From a virus, in the IMG/VR virus record IMGVR_UViG_3300041964_000014, positions 1 through 64,000 of that record: 64,000 bases of DNA. One strand, 5' to 3'. Both the position numbers and the translations under genes were made by a program. This document shows, in pieces, positions 49,284 to 61,466 of this stretch. Numbering within the stretch: the stretch's first letter is position 1; each line of letters begins with the position of its first letter. A model generated the notes under the pieces. It had not been told where the DNA came from. It saw only the letters and a program-made list of their open reading frames with translations, and did no database searches.

Positions 49284-49998
49284 TTAAATCCTGCATTTGT
49301 GATTCTATTTGACGTTTTTTCTTCATCAAGTCTTCCAACACCGATTGGCGACTTTCCACTGATTTTAATAAGTTATTAATACGTTGTTTACCTTGTTTTT
49401 TACCTGCTTTCTTATTGTTTTCGGCTTGCTCTAATTGTTGCAATTCTAATAGCTCATTGACAATCTTTTCAGCGTTTATAGGTTCTCCCATTATATTTCG
49501 GACTAGTGTATGCCCTTTACTAATTAGTCCTATAGCAGCCTCCAAGTCTTTGATTTTATGCGAACGAGCAAATGGGGATGCCTGAGTAATATCTTCTTCC
49601 CCCGTTGTATCGGATAACAATGCTTCGGTGTCTAGCCATATATCTAATTGCTCGTATATCTTATCGAGCAGTATAAGGTTTTTAGCGTCGTAACGAGCGC
49701 TTTCACTCATTAGTGAGTTGACTTTTTCTTGCCCAATACGTCGCTTGATTTTTTGCTTGTACAGCTCCCTACGTTCTACCCATTTCTCTGTACGACATTT
49801 CTCAGCTAACCGCCTTACATCTATTTCGTATTTCTTAGCTAAATCAGCTTGAGAAGGGAAATACATATTGCGGGTGCCTGTATTGCTGTCTACTGTTATG
49901 CATCCGTGTATGTATTCTGCTTCGATGCTTAACCAGTCTATCTGACGCCGTGTAGACGCTGATCCTGGTTTGTGCTGTATCTGTCGGATATCGTGCAT
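49258..49998 (-). CDS. Putative terminase small subunit
   Basis: DW..I..EY..G, S..DLA.KY HTH, E.W...R, coiled coil; upstream of terL. Confidence 0.65.
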   Translation of the reverse strand: MHDIRQIQHKPGSASTRRQIDWLSIEAEYIHGCITVDSNTGTRNMYFPSQADLAKKYEIDVRRLAEKCRTEKWVERRELYKQKIKRRIGQEKVNSLMSESARYDAKNLILLDKIYEQLDIWLDTEALLSDTTGEEDITQASPFARSHKIKDLEAAIGLISKGHTLVRNIMGEPINAEKIVNELLELQQLEQAENNKKAGKKQGKQRINNLLKSVESRQSVLEDLMKKKRQIESQMQDLSEPNDISE

Positions 49999-50383
49999 AA
50001 GTGTATATTGTGAAATACTGTTTATATACTGTTATTTTAGTGTAGTTTGATGTGGATTGATATAGGTACTGTTCTTGTGGAAAACGTTACCCCCAATAAC
50101 GTAGAATACCACACAGGCTAAAACGTATACACCGTATACCTTACACCAATTCAACAACACCAGTGACAAAGCAGGGGGTGAAAGGTATTCTATATACATG
50201 GCGAGGGAATGGCTCTCGTAGCGCGTCGGTCGGTTACTTCCCCTTAATGGTAGGGGTATATACAGTAACCTTAATTACCCACTATGGTGATTAATTTAGT
50301 TGCTCTTAACTCAGCTATCTGTATATCAGTTAGTTGTATTGAGTGCAATGCACTCTCTTACCCTGTTTATCGAGGTTTTTATC

Positions 50384-51136
50384 ATGTCTGATTTTACTTT
50401 TCCCACAATTCAGATTACTTGTGTTGATACTAATCTAGTTGTCCCAGTCGAGACTAAACTGGCTAAAGGCAAGTTAGAAGACGTTTTCTACCGTATCGAG
50501 TTAGTGCGTGATTTTCCCACGTTAAGCATTGGTATATCATTAGGCACTCAATCCACCCAAACACCCGAAAAAGGCAAGCCCGGTTACAAAGTCAAGGGTA
50601 CTAAGTACGTTGACTACTCACCGCTTATCGTTTACTCTTTCGATAAGCAAATGCAACCTAGCATTGATAAGTTCGATTTACTCGACCAATCCCCATCAGT
50701 GGACGGCTCAACAGTGTATATATATACAAATGACAATAAGAAGGAAGCCCGCGACTACCCCAATCACTTAGACCTGATTAACTCACATATCCTACCTATG
50801 GCTGTGAGATTGCTGTTTAATCCGAAATACATAGGTGCCAGGTTCTCTAGTTGGCTATACGTCGGCTTAAAGCTTATCACCCTCATTACTGAGAGAATTG
50901 ACAAGACAGAGGATAACGGCTTTATTAAGACACTACAACCAATCACACAAGAAGCACTGTTTGAAGCGGTTACCAGTGCCCAGAGTGAATTACACAGTGC
51001 TAAAGCATACGTTACCGAGACTCATACAAAGATTGCTGAATCAATCCGTAGCAAGCAGAAGCAGTTACCTAATGTACCCGCTACCGTGACTGTTGAAGCT
51101 GAAGTTAAACCAGTTATATCAACAGAAACCAAGTAA
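50384..51136 (+). CDS. Hypothetical protein (first gene of the plus-strand block)
   Basis: GAGG RBS before MSDFTF. Confidence 0.6.
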   Translation: MSDFTFPTIQITCVDTNLVVPVETKLAKGKLEDVFYRIELVRDFPTLSIGISLGTQSTQTPEKGKPGYKVKGTKYVDYSPLIVYSFDKQMQPSIDKFDLLDQSPSVDGSTVYIYTNDNKKEARDYPNHLDLINSHILPMAVRLLFNPKYIGARFSSWLYVGLKLITLITERIDKTEDNGFIKTLQPITQEALFEAVTSAQSELHSAKAYVTETHTKIAESIRSKQKQLPNVPATVTVEAEVKPVISTETK

Positions 51137-51293
51137 CGTGTACTAGTCCGAAACAATAAGAGGCGAGGCGGCTCAAATGTCACTTACCCTTATTGATTTC
51201 GGACAGCATCCCGTCTCTATCTTTCCTTTCACGGATAGATAGACAGGGGATAAATGCCTCTAACACACAGTACTCTAATGGTGAGTAACACAA

Positions 51294-53789
51294 ATGACTA
51301 ACTACGACGCTTTAAACAAATCTGAACTTTGGGCACTAATCAAGACTCGTCAGAACACTGCGGGTGTACATAGCAGTATCAACGATATCGTGTGGCAAAC
51401 ATCTAAGCGCGATATGGTGTATGCGCTTATCTGGGATGATAACCAACATATACACTTACCTGTGCCAGAGGTAGTTAGTGCTGAAGCTGTTAGTGATGAC
51501 TTCTCGCTATGGGATGAGATAGTTAGTGAAGCGTTAGGGGAAGAAATAGTCGATAGTACCCCCCCTACCCTTAGCGGAACTGTAGTACACGAACCAACCA
51601 ACCAAATAATTCCTAAAGCTGATGTGATAACAGAATCACATACATCAACCGAAGTATCTCCCCCAAAACTTGATGTGATAACAAGTACCACAAGTACGGT
51701 GGATACTACAGAGGTAGCTAACGTAATTACCTCCACAAAAAAATCAACCACTACAAAAGCAAGTGTTAGTTCTGCGAAAGCACTCACAAATACACCGGAT
51801 ACTGTAATAACCCGTACCACTGTTTACACATGGCAATATTTAGACCATGAGATGAGCGGACGCTGGAAACAGATCACTGAGCAAGAAAGCATTGAGCAAT
51901 ATATAGAGTTTTTGGAAGCGGTTAACGCTCATTTGCAAGCTAACAATGCTAAGACGTTCTTAGTCAGGAATTGTACTCTATCCGTAAAAATGAAACCTCG
52001 GATAGTAAAAGAGCAAGATGTAAATGGACGTACCTTAAACCGTATAGACCGTTCGGCTCAAAAGAACAATATGTACGATAACCGCAATCGTACATCTATG
52101 GCTACCACTGAAACAGCTGGTAGAAATATTGGTGAAGCTGCTGTTAAAGCGTCGGTACTGTTTCAAGCTAGTCGCTACATACCTCAAGCTATTCGGGTAA
52201 ACAATGCTTGGAATATCGACGGGATTGACACAATAAGTGTTAACGGTAAGCAAGTTTATCCGGTATCGCTTACAGCAGCTATTGACGAGAGTGAGCCTGT
52301 AAATCAAGACTTACCCACTAAGGTGTTGAAACGTCGTGAAATATCGGCAGAGAAAAAGGTTGAAGGTCGTTCTTTCTCTCATATCCGGGGAAAAATCAAC
52401 AACGGTTTATCACCATCGTTTAAGGACGGTGATAAGTTCTTCTGCTTTCAAGTAGACAGCAATAACCGAGTGTCGTTGTGGCTACTCTCTAATGATGTAA
52501 ACCATACTGTGTCAGCCAGTGATTTAGTTAAGGGTAGGAAGCTAGCCGATATCGGTTACGTAGAGGCACAACCGTATCAAGAGACTGAATTTGTCAATGT
52601 CACAATGGACATGATTAAAGGAGGGCAAGAAGCACGGGTTGAACGCTTTGACTGGATACGTAAGCAACTAAATAAACAGTGGCTTGATTCCGATGAAGCT
52701 ATTTATCAATTCCTATCCAACCTAAAAAAAGTAAATGGCGAGGCGCTTGTTATCACAAACCTACAAGTTATCGATGGTGTTGTAACTGGTAACCTGTATG
52801 GCAGCAAGCTAATTATCCGTAAGAGAAATGTTACAAAGCATCGTGTAGTATTTCACCCTGTAATCCGTTCGAGCTTTGGAATGGGGGAGCGCAACAAAAA
52901 AACTGGTAGCAAAATCATTAGAGATACTGCTGTAAGTCGTAGCGATGCTTATGACCGCATAATCGCAGCAGCTAATACTTGGCTGTTTGGGATTGGTGGC
53001 AGTGTGCTAAGTGACCTTAACGTGAGGACAGACGGGTTAACACATCGTAACCAGGTAATAGGGTTGCATAACGCTCAACGTAACGCCCGTACACGGGAAA
53101 GGTTTGATGGAACTAAGAAATCGCTTCGCAATCCGAAAGATAGAAAGTACATTGCAAAGCTGCTAACCCGGTTCACTACTAACGGGATATTCACCCGTAC
53201 AGACGGAGATTACATCGGTAAGCTAACCAAAACAGATGGCTCTCAATTAACCGAGAGCGAGATTACACGCATTACTGAAGTAGTAATGAACAACTACCCC
53301 GTAAATAAACCATTAGCCACTTTATTCACTCCCTCTCACTTTGACTCTCCTGAAGAATGGCAGAGTACATTCCTGAACTTGTTAAAAGCTTATGGGGATA
53401 TCGAGGTGGCTATCCTAGAAGATGGCAAACTACTAACATACAACACAGGTAATCAGGTTCTTGAAGGATACGCACGAGAGCTGTACTCATATCTGCAAAG
53501 TATGGGTAAGGAAGTAGACACACTCACAATGAACGGTGCTATAGAGCTATTACAGATGTCTCCCTCATCACCGTATAAGGAAATTCTGTTAAGGGTGCCT
53601 AACGTAGCACAGCTTAATGGTAGTCAATCCTTGAGATTGTTAGCAGGGCATGACAGAGCTGAGGCAATCGCTCAACGTCGCAAGGAAAGTATCTACAATC
53701 TGACGGTAGGTTTAGAGGTAGCAAAGCTAGACAAAGTAGCTGCTGATAAAGCAGCTAAACTAGCCAAGCTAACGCAACATCTCAAATAA
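51294..53789 (+). CDS. Large hypothetical protein (831 aa)
   Basis: Long ORF with a Thr/Ser-rich linker; no motif recognised. Confidence 0.7.
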   Translation: MTNYDALNKSELWALIKTRQNTAGVHSSINDIVWQTSKRDMVYALIWDDNQHIHLPVPEVVSAEAVSDDFSLWDEIVSEALGEEIVDSTPPTLSGTVVHEPTNQIIPKADVITESHTSTEVSPPKLDVITSTTSTVDTTEVANVITSTKKSTTTKASVSSAKALTNTPDTVITRTTVYTWQYLDHEMSGRWKQITEQESIEQYIEFLEAVNAHLQANNAKTFLVRNCTLSVKMKPRIVKEQDVNGRTLNRIDRSAQKNNMYDNRNRTSMATTETAGRNIGEAAVKASVLFQASRYIPQAIRVNNAWNIDGIDTISVNGKQVYPVSLTAAIDESEPVNQDLPTKVLKRREISAEKKVEGRSFSHIRGKINNGLSPSFKDGDKFFCFQVDSNNRVSLWLLSNDVNHTVSASDLVKGRKLADIGYVEAQPYQETEFVNVTMDMIKGGQEARVERFDWIRKQLNKQWLDSDEAIYQFLSNLKKVNGEALVITNLQVIDGVVTGNLYGSKLIIRKRNVTKHRVVFHPVIRSSFGMGERNKKTGSKIIRDTAVSRSDAYDRIIAAANTWLFGIGGSVLSDLNVRTDGLTHRNQVIGLHNAQRNARTRERFDGTKKSLRNPKDRKYIAKLLTRFTTNGIFTRTDGDYIGKLTKTDGSQLTESEITRITEVVMNNYPVNKPLATLFTPSHFDSPEEWQSTFLNLLKAYGDIEVAILEDGKLLTYNTGNQVLEGYARELYSYLQSMGKEVDTLTMNGAIELLQMSPSSPYKEILLRVPNVAQLNGSQSLRLLAGHDRAEAIAQRRKESIYNLTVGLEVAKLDKVAADKAAKLAKLTQHLK

Positions 53790-53830
53790 ACCGCTTAGTT
53801 ATCTACTCTAAAACTGAATACCACTAATTA

Positions 53831-53878
53831 GCTTACCAGGTTAACTCTCTAACGAGGGTTAATTTGGTAGGCTTTTTT
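53831..53878 (+). terminator. Intrinsic terminator
   Basis: Long hairpin gcttacca...tggtaggc followed by a T run. Confidence 0.7.
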
Positions 53879-55280
53879 GTTGTGTGAGTATGTGCAACTT
53901 TTTTCTTTGTTGTTAAAGGTATTAATCGTATGCAAGAACAACCACTAAATCCCGGTCATTATGTTGAGGCTTGCGAAAGAGCTTTTCTAGCATCTAAATT
54001 TCTAGAAACAATAGCAGACCATCCTGTGTTTTTATCTAACACAGAGCTAAAGAAACAATGGGATACTGTGCAAGAACTGGTAGCAGATATCTACCAGCTT
54101 GCTGGGACTCTAATGTATTACTCGGAGAATGCAGAGAATAGTCCGAAATAATGGGGTGGAGTTTTTTTTGTTGTTGTGGGGAATTGTATTATGGTTACAA
54201 TGAGAGCCGTTGTTGAAACTTTAAATGCAGTTAATTTTATAGGTACTAACTGTAGTTTTTTTTCATGCTTAATCCCCCAAACAGTTTAGATCAAATCAGA
54301 CAAGCAGTAACGGGAGTATCGTTAGTAGCTGGTCGTAGTACTAATTTAGATACCCTAAAAGCGAATACCAGTATCTGTAGTTACAGTAGCTACTGCGACA
54401 ATCTTGTAGTAGGTATAAAGTTTACTTGTTTTAACCTATCTAATTTAAACCAAGTTAAACAAGTAGCTACTACTGTTATTAAGAATGTGCATCCTAACCC
54501 ACTACAAATAAAGCCTGTAGTGCTGTTAGAAACAGGGGTTAGTTTTGTTATTGGAGTAACACTAGTAAAGTTGCAGCGATAAGTATGCCTAAACAACCAT
54601 CTCGTTTATGGGCTATTGCTGAAGGTACTTACCAACAGCATCAGATCAATGAAGCGCTACTGAAAAATAAATCCCGCCGTGAAGAACAGAAAAGGTTCGC
54701 TGAAAATACACGACGATTTTCTTTGGCACTTACGAAAGTGTTAGGTACACAGCTATATAAGGAGCTTATTTGTTTCGGACTCCGGTATGAGTTGCACGAC
54801 TACAACAACGGATTGCATGGTGCTGAACTACATTTCTGTGAAACATTAGTAGTAATTCTGTTCAACCATAGTTCGCTTAGTTTTGGCTTAGACGTAGGAG
54901 GTAAACGGATATTTAGTATGGAACGGGAGGAGGAATTCAAGACTAAGTTTCTAACTGAACTCGGAAGATTGATTGTGGAGTGTAAGGAGAAGTATCGGAT
55001 TAGTTAGGTAATAGTCCGAAACAAATAAGAGAATTTTTTTAGTTAGTAATGGAGTAATCTCATGCGCGTTAAAGTACTCAACAATCGAACGATAGTTGGA
55101 GATAATCTCCACGATCTTTTAGTCCAAGCTTATGGAGGTACTATCGAGGACTATCAATACGGAGACACTATCGATTCTAAGGAGGAGCCGTATCGCCACT
55201 GTGTACTTTTCAGAAATGGAAAGCAAGAGATGATTCAAAAAGTGAATTTAGTCAATGTAAGAGCTTTGTAGGTAAATCAC

Positions 55281-55652
55281 ATGAGTAAACTCAAAGTGCT
55301 AGGAGTTGCAGTTTTAGTTGTTGGCAGTATTGTTCTGTCAGCAGCAAGTGGGATGTTTTACTACTCGAAGCGAGAGATAGTAGAAGTCAAGATCTTTGAT
55401 ACTGCTATTAAGCGTAGCGAAGAAGATGGTATAGATAAATACCTGGTATACACTAACAGCGAGGTATTTGAGAATGTTGGTGATGTGTGGATAGGGAAGT
55501 TGGATAGTTCTGATGTGCAAAATCAGCTTATCCAAGCCAAGCAAAAGATCTGCACTATCGATGTGGTAGGTTACAGGCTACATTCTCGATCTGTGTATCG
55601 CAACGTACTTAGAATTGAAGAGTGTCGAGATGTTCCAGCAATATCGGAGTAA
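55281..55652 (+). CDS. Membrane-anchored DUF1523-like protein
   Basis: N-terminal TM; KYLVYT..EVFEN......GK.DSSD.Q......V.G.R......YRN. Confidence 0.6.
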   Translation: MSKLKVLGVAVLVVGSIVLSAASGMFYYSKREIVEVKIFDTAIKRSEEDGIDKYLVYTNSEVFENVGDVWIGKLDSSDVQNQLIQAKQKICTIDVVGYRLHSRSVYRNVLRIEECRDVPAISE

Positions 55653-56351
55653 TTAACTATGTGCGATTTAGATAGAGTTTGGATAGTGTATCATTCCGAT
55701 TGCTACAGTATCTGTCCGGATACAAATACAGGAGGGGTTAGCATCTTGGGTACGTTTGCTGATGAAACAGATGCAACGGATTTCCGAAACCAGCAAGATG
55801 CTGATAACCTAGATTGTATCTTCATTCAGAGTAGTACTTGGCAGGCGAGAAAGTTGGCACAAGACAATCCGCCGGGTATTCGTAATGACCTGTACTTTGC
55901 AGTGGAAATACTCGACAGTTGTTATAAGTCCGTTGGATTCATGGATAACGATGGTAAGGTTTCTCCTATCGTTTTTTGGATACATGAAAATCAAGTGGCT
56001 CGTTTGGGCAACATAGTAATTTCGCAGAAAATGTATCCTACTTTCGTAGCTACTAAAACTTTTCGAGAATTAACTCCCGAAGAATACCAACAAACTATCT
56101 TGGAGTAACTATTATGTCTGATTGCGACGAGATTTCTGATAAAACAAGTGCAGAGCTAGATGCGATTAGCAAAAAGCTGTTCGATGGAGACGCATCTTAT
56201 GTTACGCAAGGAGACAAGACATACAAACTGCGGCACTTTCCAGCTATCTATCCTGGCTATTCTGTATATAGCCAGGATAGTAAGGGATACCGGATAGTTT
56301 ACAAAAAGTACGGTTGTCTCACTCGCCCTTATTAGTTTTAGGAGTCACACA

Positions 56352-56778
56352 ATGGATTGCCATCACATTTTTCTTGACCAAAGCGAAATGAATGTATACT
56401 ACTGGCTATTTATGATACCTGTAGTGTGTTTTATTATCTACACCTATTGCAAGTATCCTAGCAAGCAAACAGCATACCGCATGGTGCTTATGGGGTATTT
56501 ACTCGGTTGTATCGAAAGGGCGTTTCAAATCTGGTAAGTAGGAAATAGTTATCTCTGCCTCACTCGTCCACATTAGTTTTGGGAAATAACCAATGAACTT
56601 GTACCACATATTCCTCGAATCTAATCAATTCAACTGGAATTTCGCGATTGTAATGATCCCAGTTGTCACTGCTGTATTCATAACTTACAGGGTACATCCG
56701 GGCATGAAAACTGCACTTACAACTAGCTTCTTGGCTTATCTTCTTGGGTGTATTGGACGAGCTTTTTATCTTTGGTAA
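56352..56778 (+). CDS. Two tandem paralogous small membrane proteins (56352..56537, 56593..56778)
   Basis: Shared HIFL...MIPVV.......P...TA......YLLGCI.RAF..W. Confidence 0.65.
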
Positions 56779-57468
56779 ACGTATGAAACTAAGTGAGTTT
56801 TTGACAGAAGGAAATAAGTTACTTAGAGAATTGGGGGACAGAGAAATCGCAATAGAAGTTTGCGATGGTGCAAATACGGGATACTACACAGTACCCGATT
56901 TACAACTAAGTCATGGTGTAGTTATCATCCAAGAAAACTTACGTGTATCCGAGGAAGAACTCGAAGCGCTAAGGAAGCACTTTGTCTAGTCAATTGATTT
57001 GTTAGTAGATATGTGTCCGAAATAATAAGTGCCCCGCTATTTATTTCGGACTGCCTTTGTGATCTTTCTAGGGAGAAATTAAATGGCTAATTGGACAGAT
57101 GAACTGAGCCATAACCCTGATGTAGTACTACGCATCAATACTCTTACACTGCTAATACATATTTCGGATAATGTGCCTGTAGCTGCAATAAATGAGCTAA
57201 CCGAAATTAATAAGAAAGCTGGGTTTCAATTAACATCAGAAAGACCGGGACTGTACGGGATTCATGTATCGTTTCCTTACAATATGTGTACACTTCAAGA
57301 TGCGGTAGCCAAAATGTTTGCTGGTCATGGGTGCGTAGTTACAAAGCACTAGTCCAAAATAAATAGGAGATGCCTATGGATATCTATCTCACGGAGTCTA
57401 AAGCCAAAGAGTTAAGTGCGGCATTAGATCCAAATTGTGCATTGAAGGTAGTCTAGCAAGTAAGTTAC

Positions 57469-57768
57469 TTGCTAGTAGACACACGGGAGCGAGAATTAAC
57501 TAACTGTGAGTTAGTAATGCAACCGCTGAAAAACACGCAATTAGTAGATACTAATCGTACCTACAGGGAGTTACTATTCATAGCATTGCCTCAAATAATT
57601 GATTGCGATCAAGAACACGAAAGGCAGCTTAAGTTAGTTGACCAACTCATGGAAATTGGGGAAGAAAATCTGTCGTCTGCCCAAAACGAATTACTAGGAT
57701 TGCTAGTCGGATTAATTGCTGACTACGAAGATCGCACAGTAGATTTTCCCCGCAGTAAGGAACAATAG
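57469..57768 (+). CDS. HigA-like antitoxin N-terminal domain (no HTH)
   Basis: Y..LL....P..I....EHE..L.....LM.......A..ELL.LL..LI.DYE....FP. Confidence 0.6.
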   Translation: MLVDTRERELTNCELVMQPLKNTQLVDTNRTYRELLFIALPQIIDCDQEHERQLKLVDQLMEIGEENLSSAQNELLGLLVGLIADYEDRTVDFPRSKEQ

Positions 57769-57902
57769 GCTAACTGTCTTAGCCCTTATTATTTCAGACG
57801 ACTTGCTACTGGAGTAAATGATTGTGAGGGGAGTACCTTGGGGTACTTCTCCCAGAGTTTATAACTCTACTGTTACTTGTCTTTTACTGTAAGTATTAAG
57901 CT

Positions 57903-58445
57903 ATGCAGACATACAACATCAACCCAGTCGTACAAATTATTGCTGATCAAGAAGTCTCAGTTATTTCCTTGGGAGAACAAGGAAGGGGACGTAAATATAA
58001 GCTGATTAAGTGTCCAAAGAATTTCACTAACCTAAGTGTGGTTGCACCTAAGCCGGGAATGCCAGGTAATGTGCGTTTAGTCGAAACCGAGGATAATAAG
58101 CCAGGTTTAATCATGAGAGTGTGTACACACTCCTCGTATGTTCGAGGTGCTAACGGTAATGTATCCGTACATCCCGACCACATTAAAAATGTAGAAGTGA
58201 TAACTGCTGGACAAGGCGCATTCGGTGCAGCTGGACGCACAGGTACATGGGATGACTTGCTGTTAGTGGTAACGGGGGAAACTGTCCTACGTGTGAAACC
58301 TTCTAGGGGAGATGCCTACATCTTGAGGGTTAATGAAGATTTCACGGTTCAGAGGCTAACATACGCTGAGGCGGAAGTCCTAGAGGTTGATACATTGAGT
58401 TCCAGTACAACTTCTCGTGGGGAGTTCATCCGATTGTCTGTTTAG
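57903..58445 (+). CDS. Hypothetical protein
   Basis: 180-aa ORF followed by the hairpin ggggct..agcccc. Confidence 0.6.
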   Translation: MQTYNINPVVQIIADQEVSVISLGEQGRGRKYKLIKCPKNFTNLSVVAPKPGMPGNVRLVETEDNKPGLIMRVCTHSSYVRGANGNVSVHPDHIKNVEVITAGQGAFGAAGRTGTWDDLLLVVTGETVLRVKPSRGDAYILRVNEDFTVQRLTYAEAEVLEVDTLSSSTTSRGEFIRLSV

Positions 58446-59358
58446 TAGTTTTAGGGGCTTGAAATACAGCCCCGATTTTCGTAACCTAACAGTTGGAGTA
58501 TACTATGTTTTCAGCAATCCGTAAATTGTTTGCCCCGAAGACTGTGAATAATACAGGCACGATTACTCTAAATGAGTATATCGCCAAGTTACAAAAGTTA
58601 GCAAAACAGTATGGAGATAACCCAATAACTGTTCAGCTAACGGTAAAAGAAGATGAGGATTATTCAGATACCTGGATAGTATATGGTGTACCGGATATTT
58701 GGTTGCGACATAAAACTCAGCAATTAATTATTCGACCAGGCGATGCAAGTAAATTGTCGTCTGAGCTAATGGAACCTTTATTGGAAGAGGGATTTGGTGA
58801 AGAAGATGATGATTACTACAAAGAACGATTTTACTCAGCTTACAAGAAACTGTAAGTAACACAACGATAACTTGTAATTACTGCGTAGTAGTTGTGCCCC
58901 TTAGTGGTTAAGGGGCTTAGTTGTTTAGGAAAAACAGGGAGTACACTAGACTACTTAATCTTAATACCATTAAGTAGTCTAATTTTCTTATACTCTTAAC
59001 AGCATTAAATTTCACAGGGTGTCTTTGCTCTTTTAGGTGTACAACTACTTACGGTTATTTATCGTAGGTAGTTTTCTTAGTAATTTAGTGTACTTAAATG
59101 ACAAAGTTTGATCTTAGTAATAATAGTCCTAATAAAGACCCTTATATACTATGGCGAGAACTAGCTACAAGAGTCCGAAATAATAAGGACTACAACCAAG
59201 TAGTATCTGTCACGGTTATGGAAGGTTACCTTCAAATACAGTTTGAAGGGCATACCAAGCTGTATTTCTATAGAGACAAGCACAAAATTGCTTCACTATT
59301 AAGCCGCCAAGATGCCGAGTGGTGGTTAAGTCAACCGTTTTAGATAGTAGGAGGTTCG

Positions 59359-59550
59359 ATGTTACTTAGGTATGGGATTTACGAGGCATTAGTTATGTAT
59401 GACAAAGAATCCCACAAACTATGTGGGAGGATTACAAATATTGGGAATGATGTGGTAACTTTCCAAAGTACTACGTGGAAAGGAATACAAGAGGAATTTA
59501 AAACCTCGGTTGACGATTACGTAGAATGGTGTGTTGAATTAGCGGCTTAA
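59359..59550 (+). CDS. HicB-like antitoxin N-terminal domain (no DNA-binding domain)
   Basis: Y..Y.A.V.YD......GR.......VTFQ.......EEF..SVDDY..WC. Confidence 0.75.
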   Translation: MLLRYGIYEALVMYDKESHKLCGRITNIGNDVVTFQSTTWKGIQEEFKTSVDDYVEWCVELAA

Positions 59551-59629
59551 TACGTACCCCGATTTGAGATCGGGAAGGGTAAATTAGTGGAATCTATTTT
59601 GTTTACTTGTATATTCAGAGGAAAAACAA

Positions 59630-60376
59630 ATGACTGAGTTTAGTTTGGATTTGGCTAAAGAATTAGTAGCATCTAACGATGAGTTTCCTGTTGATTTTGA
59701 GCAAGCATATGTTTGGTTAGAGTACTCTCGTAAGGATGTTGCAAAACGAGCGTTTTTAAATGTAGGCTTTATTGAGAATGTCGATTTCAAGGTTTTCCAC
59801 ACTTCTGCGGAAAACTCCCAAGGTGGTCGTCCCACTGAGATTATTAAGTTGACAGTAGATTGTTTCAAGCAATGGGGAATGGTATGTGGCAACGATAAAG
59901 GAAAACAGATTCGTTTGTATTTCCTTGAATGCGAAAAGGTAGCCAAACAAGTAACTAATATCCCTGCCGAAATGTTGCAGTTTATGCAGACTATGCAATC
60001 AGAAATGCGATTATTAAGGGAGCGTACTGAGAAACTAGATATTGTACAAGAAGAAAAGCAGCAACTAGCGTCAGAACTCCAAGACCGTAACACACTACTC
60101 AAACTGCTGGATGAAGCGGGCTACGAACACCAGGGTTGTTACAACATTGTCAATCAAGCCGTAGTTTCCCCAAAACAACGACTATTCACAGCTTTTAAGT
60201 ACCTTGATCATATGGGATACGATACTGGGTTTGCCAATATACTTGCACGTCGAGCAGCTGCTTTCTACCGTACTAGTAAGAAAATCGAGCCGCACCGTGA
60301 TGCAGATAATAATCTGCTGTTTGAGGAAAGCTATTTAGCAGAAGTATATGAAGCACTCAAGCAAGTAGACGAATAG
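59630..60376 (+). CDS. AntA/AntB-type antirepressor
   Basis: FPVDF..A..WLEYSRKD.AKR.....F.E..DF...GGRP...I.LT.DCFK..GM......GKQIR.YF..CE. Confidence 0.8.
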   Translation: MTEFSLDLAKELVASNDEFPVDFEQAYVWLEYSRKDVAKRAFLNVGFIENVDFKVFHTSAENSQGGRPTEIIKLTVDCFKQWGMVCGNDKGKQIRLYFLECEKVAKQVTNIPAEMLQFMQTMQSEMRLLRERTEKLDIVQEEKQQLASELQDRNTLLKLLDEAGYEHQGCYNIVNQAVVSPKQRLFTAFKYLDHMGYDTGFANILARRAAAFYRTSKKIEPHRDADNNLLFEESYLAEVYEALKQVDE

Positions 60377-61466
60377 TTCTCTTATTGTTTCGGACATCTT
60401 AAAGGAGTTATCATGTCTCAACTAAAAAGAACCTTAGTAGTTACTAGTACTACTATCAATCTTGTGGGGACTAATGAATCTGGCGCAGTAGAAGAACTAA
60501 TTGTATTTCGAGGCAAGGATATACGCGGAGCAGCTATTAAGGGAGATAAAGCTGAGTTGTTTGTAAATCAAGAGTCGGGAAACACTTGGATAAATGTTTC
60601 TCCTTGGAAAGAGCCACTAACCAAATGGCTCTTAGACGTAGATGGTACAACTTACGAGTAATCCGCTTTTGTAATTAGTAACTAGGAGAGTATCATGTTT
60701 GACGTATCGCACTTACCGTTTTTTACTCGTATGTATTGGGAAGCAGAATTCCAGTGGATAGCCGAATTTGAAGCCAAAATTATGGCAGTGAGAAAGTTAC
60801 AGGAGCGGCAACAGTTCTTTCATTACCTAGGGAAGTTGAAGTGCTTTCCCCGCAAAGTGCATGATGCTAAGTCTCGGCGACACACACTAGCGATTCCTAT
60901 TGCTAGTTTGGTACAAGCAGGTTTACTTAAACCCACTGGAAAATTACCCACGGAACATATTGTTAAAAAGCGGTACTTGACGAAAGATGGGGGCGAGAAA
61001 GTAGTCCCAATGCTCAAGGTTTCTTACGTGAAGAAACTAGTCAATAAGCAGAAGAAATCATTAGCAGCATAATCCCTCACACACTTAGTAATTTACAAGG
61101 TCAATTAACTATGCGTTTAGTTTTGAAGTTGAAGAATGCTGAAAATCTGTACTATAGTAACAGCACCCGGACAGGATTAACAAGGTCTATCAAAAAAGCT
61201 ACTAACTGCAACATTAAAAGGTTGGTAGACATCTCTCCCAGGCTGTTAGACGTGTTTGACTTACTTGTGGTAGAGCCAGGTAAAACAATGGAGTCTACTA
61301 TGCAGTTTCCCGACAAAAACACTCAGGAAATATATCAGTCCTTGATCGATGCATTTTCTAACGGGGTTCCTCACGTTGAGTAAATAGTAGTATAGTGTCC
61401 GAAATAATAGCTTCCTCCTTGTTGTTTCGGACTTCTAATGTGTAGATAATTATTTAGGAGATACAA

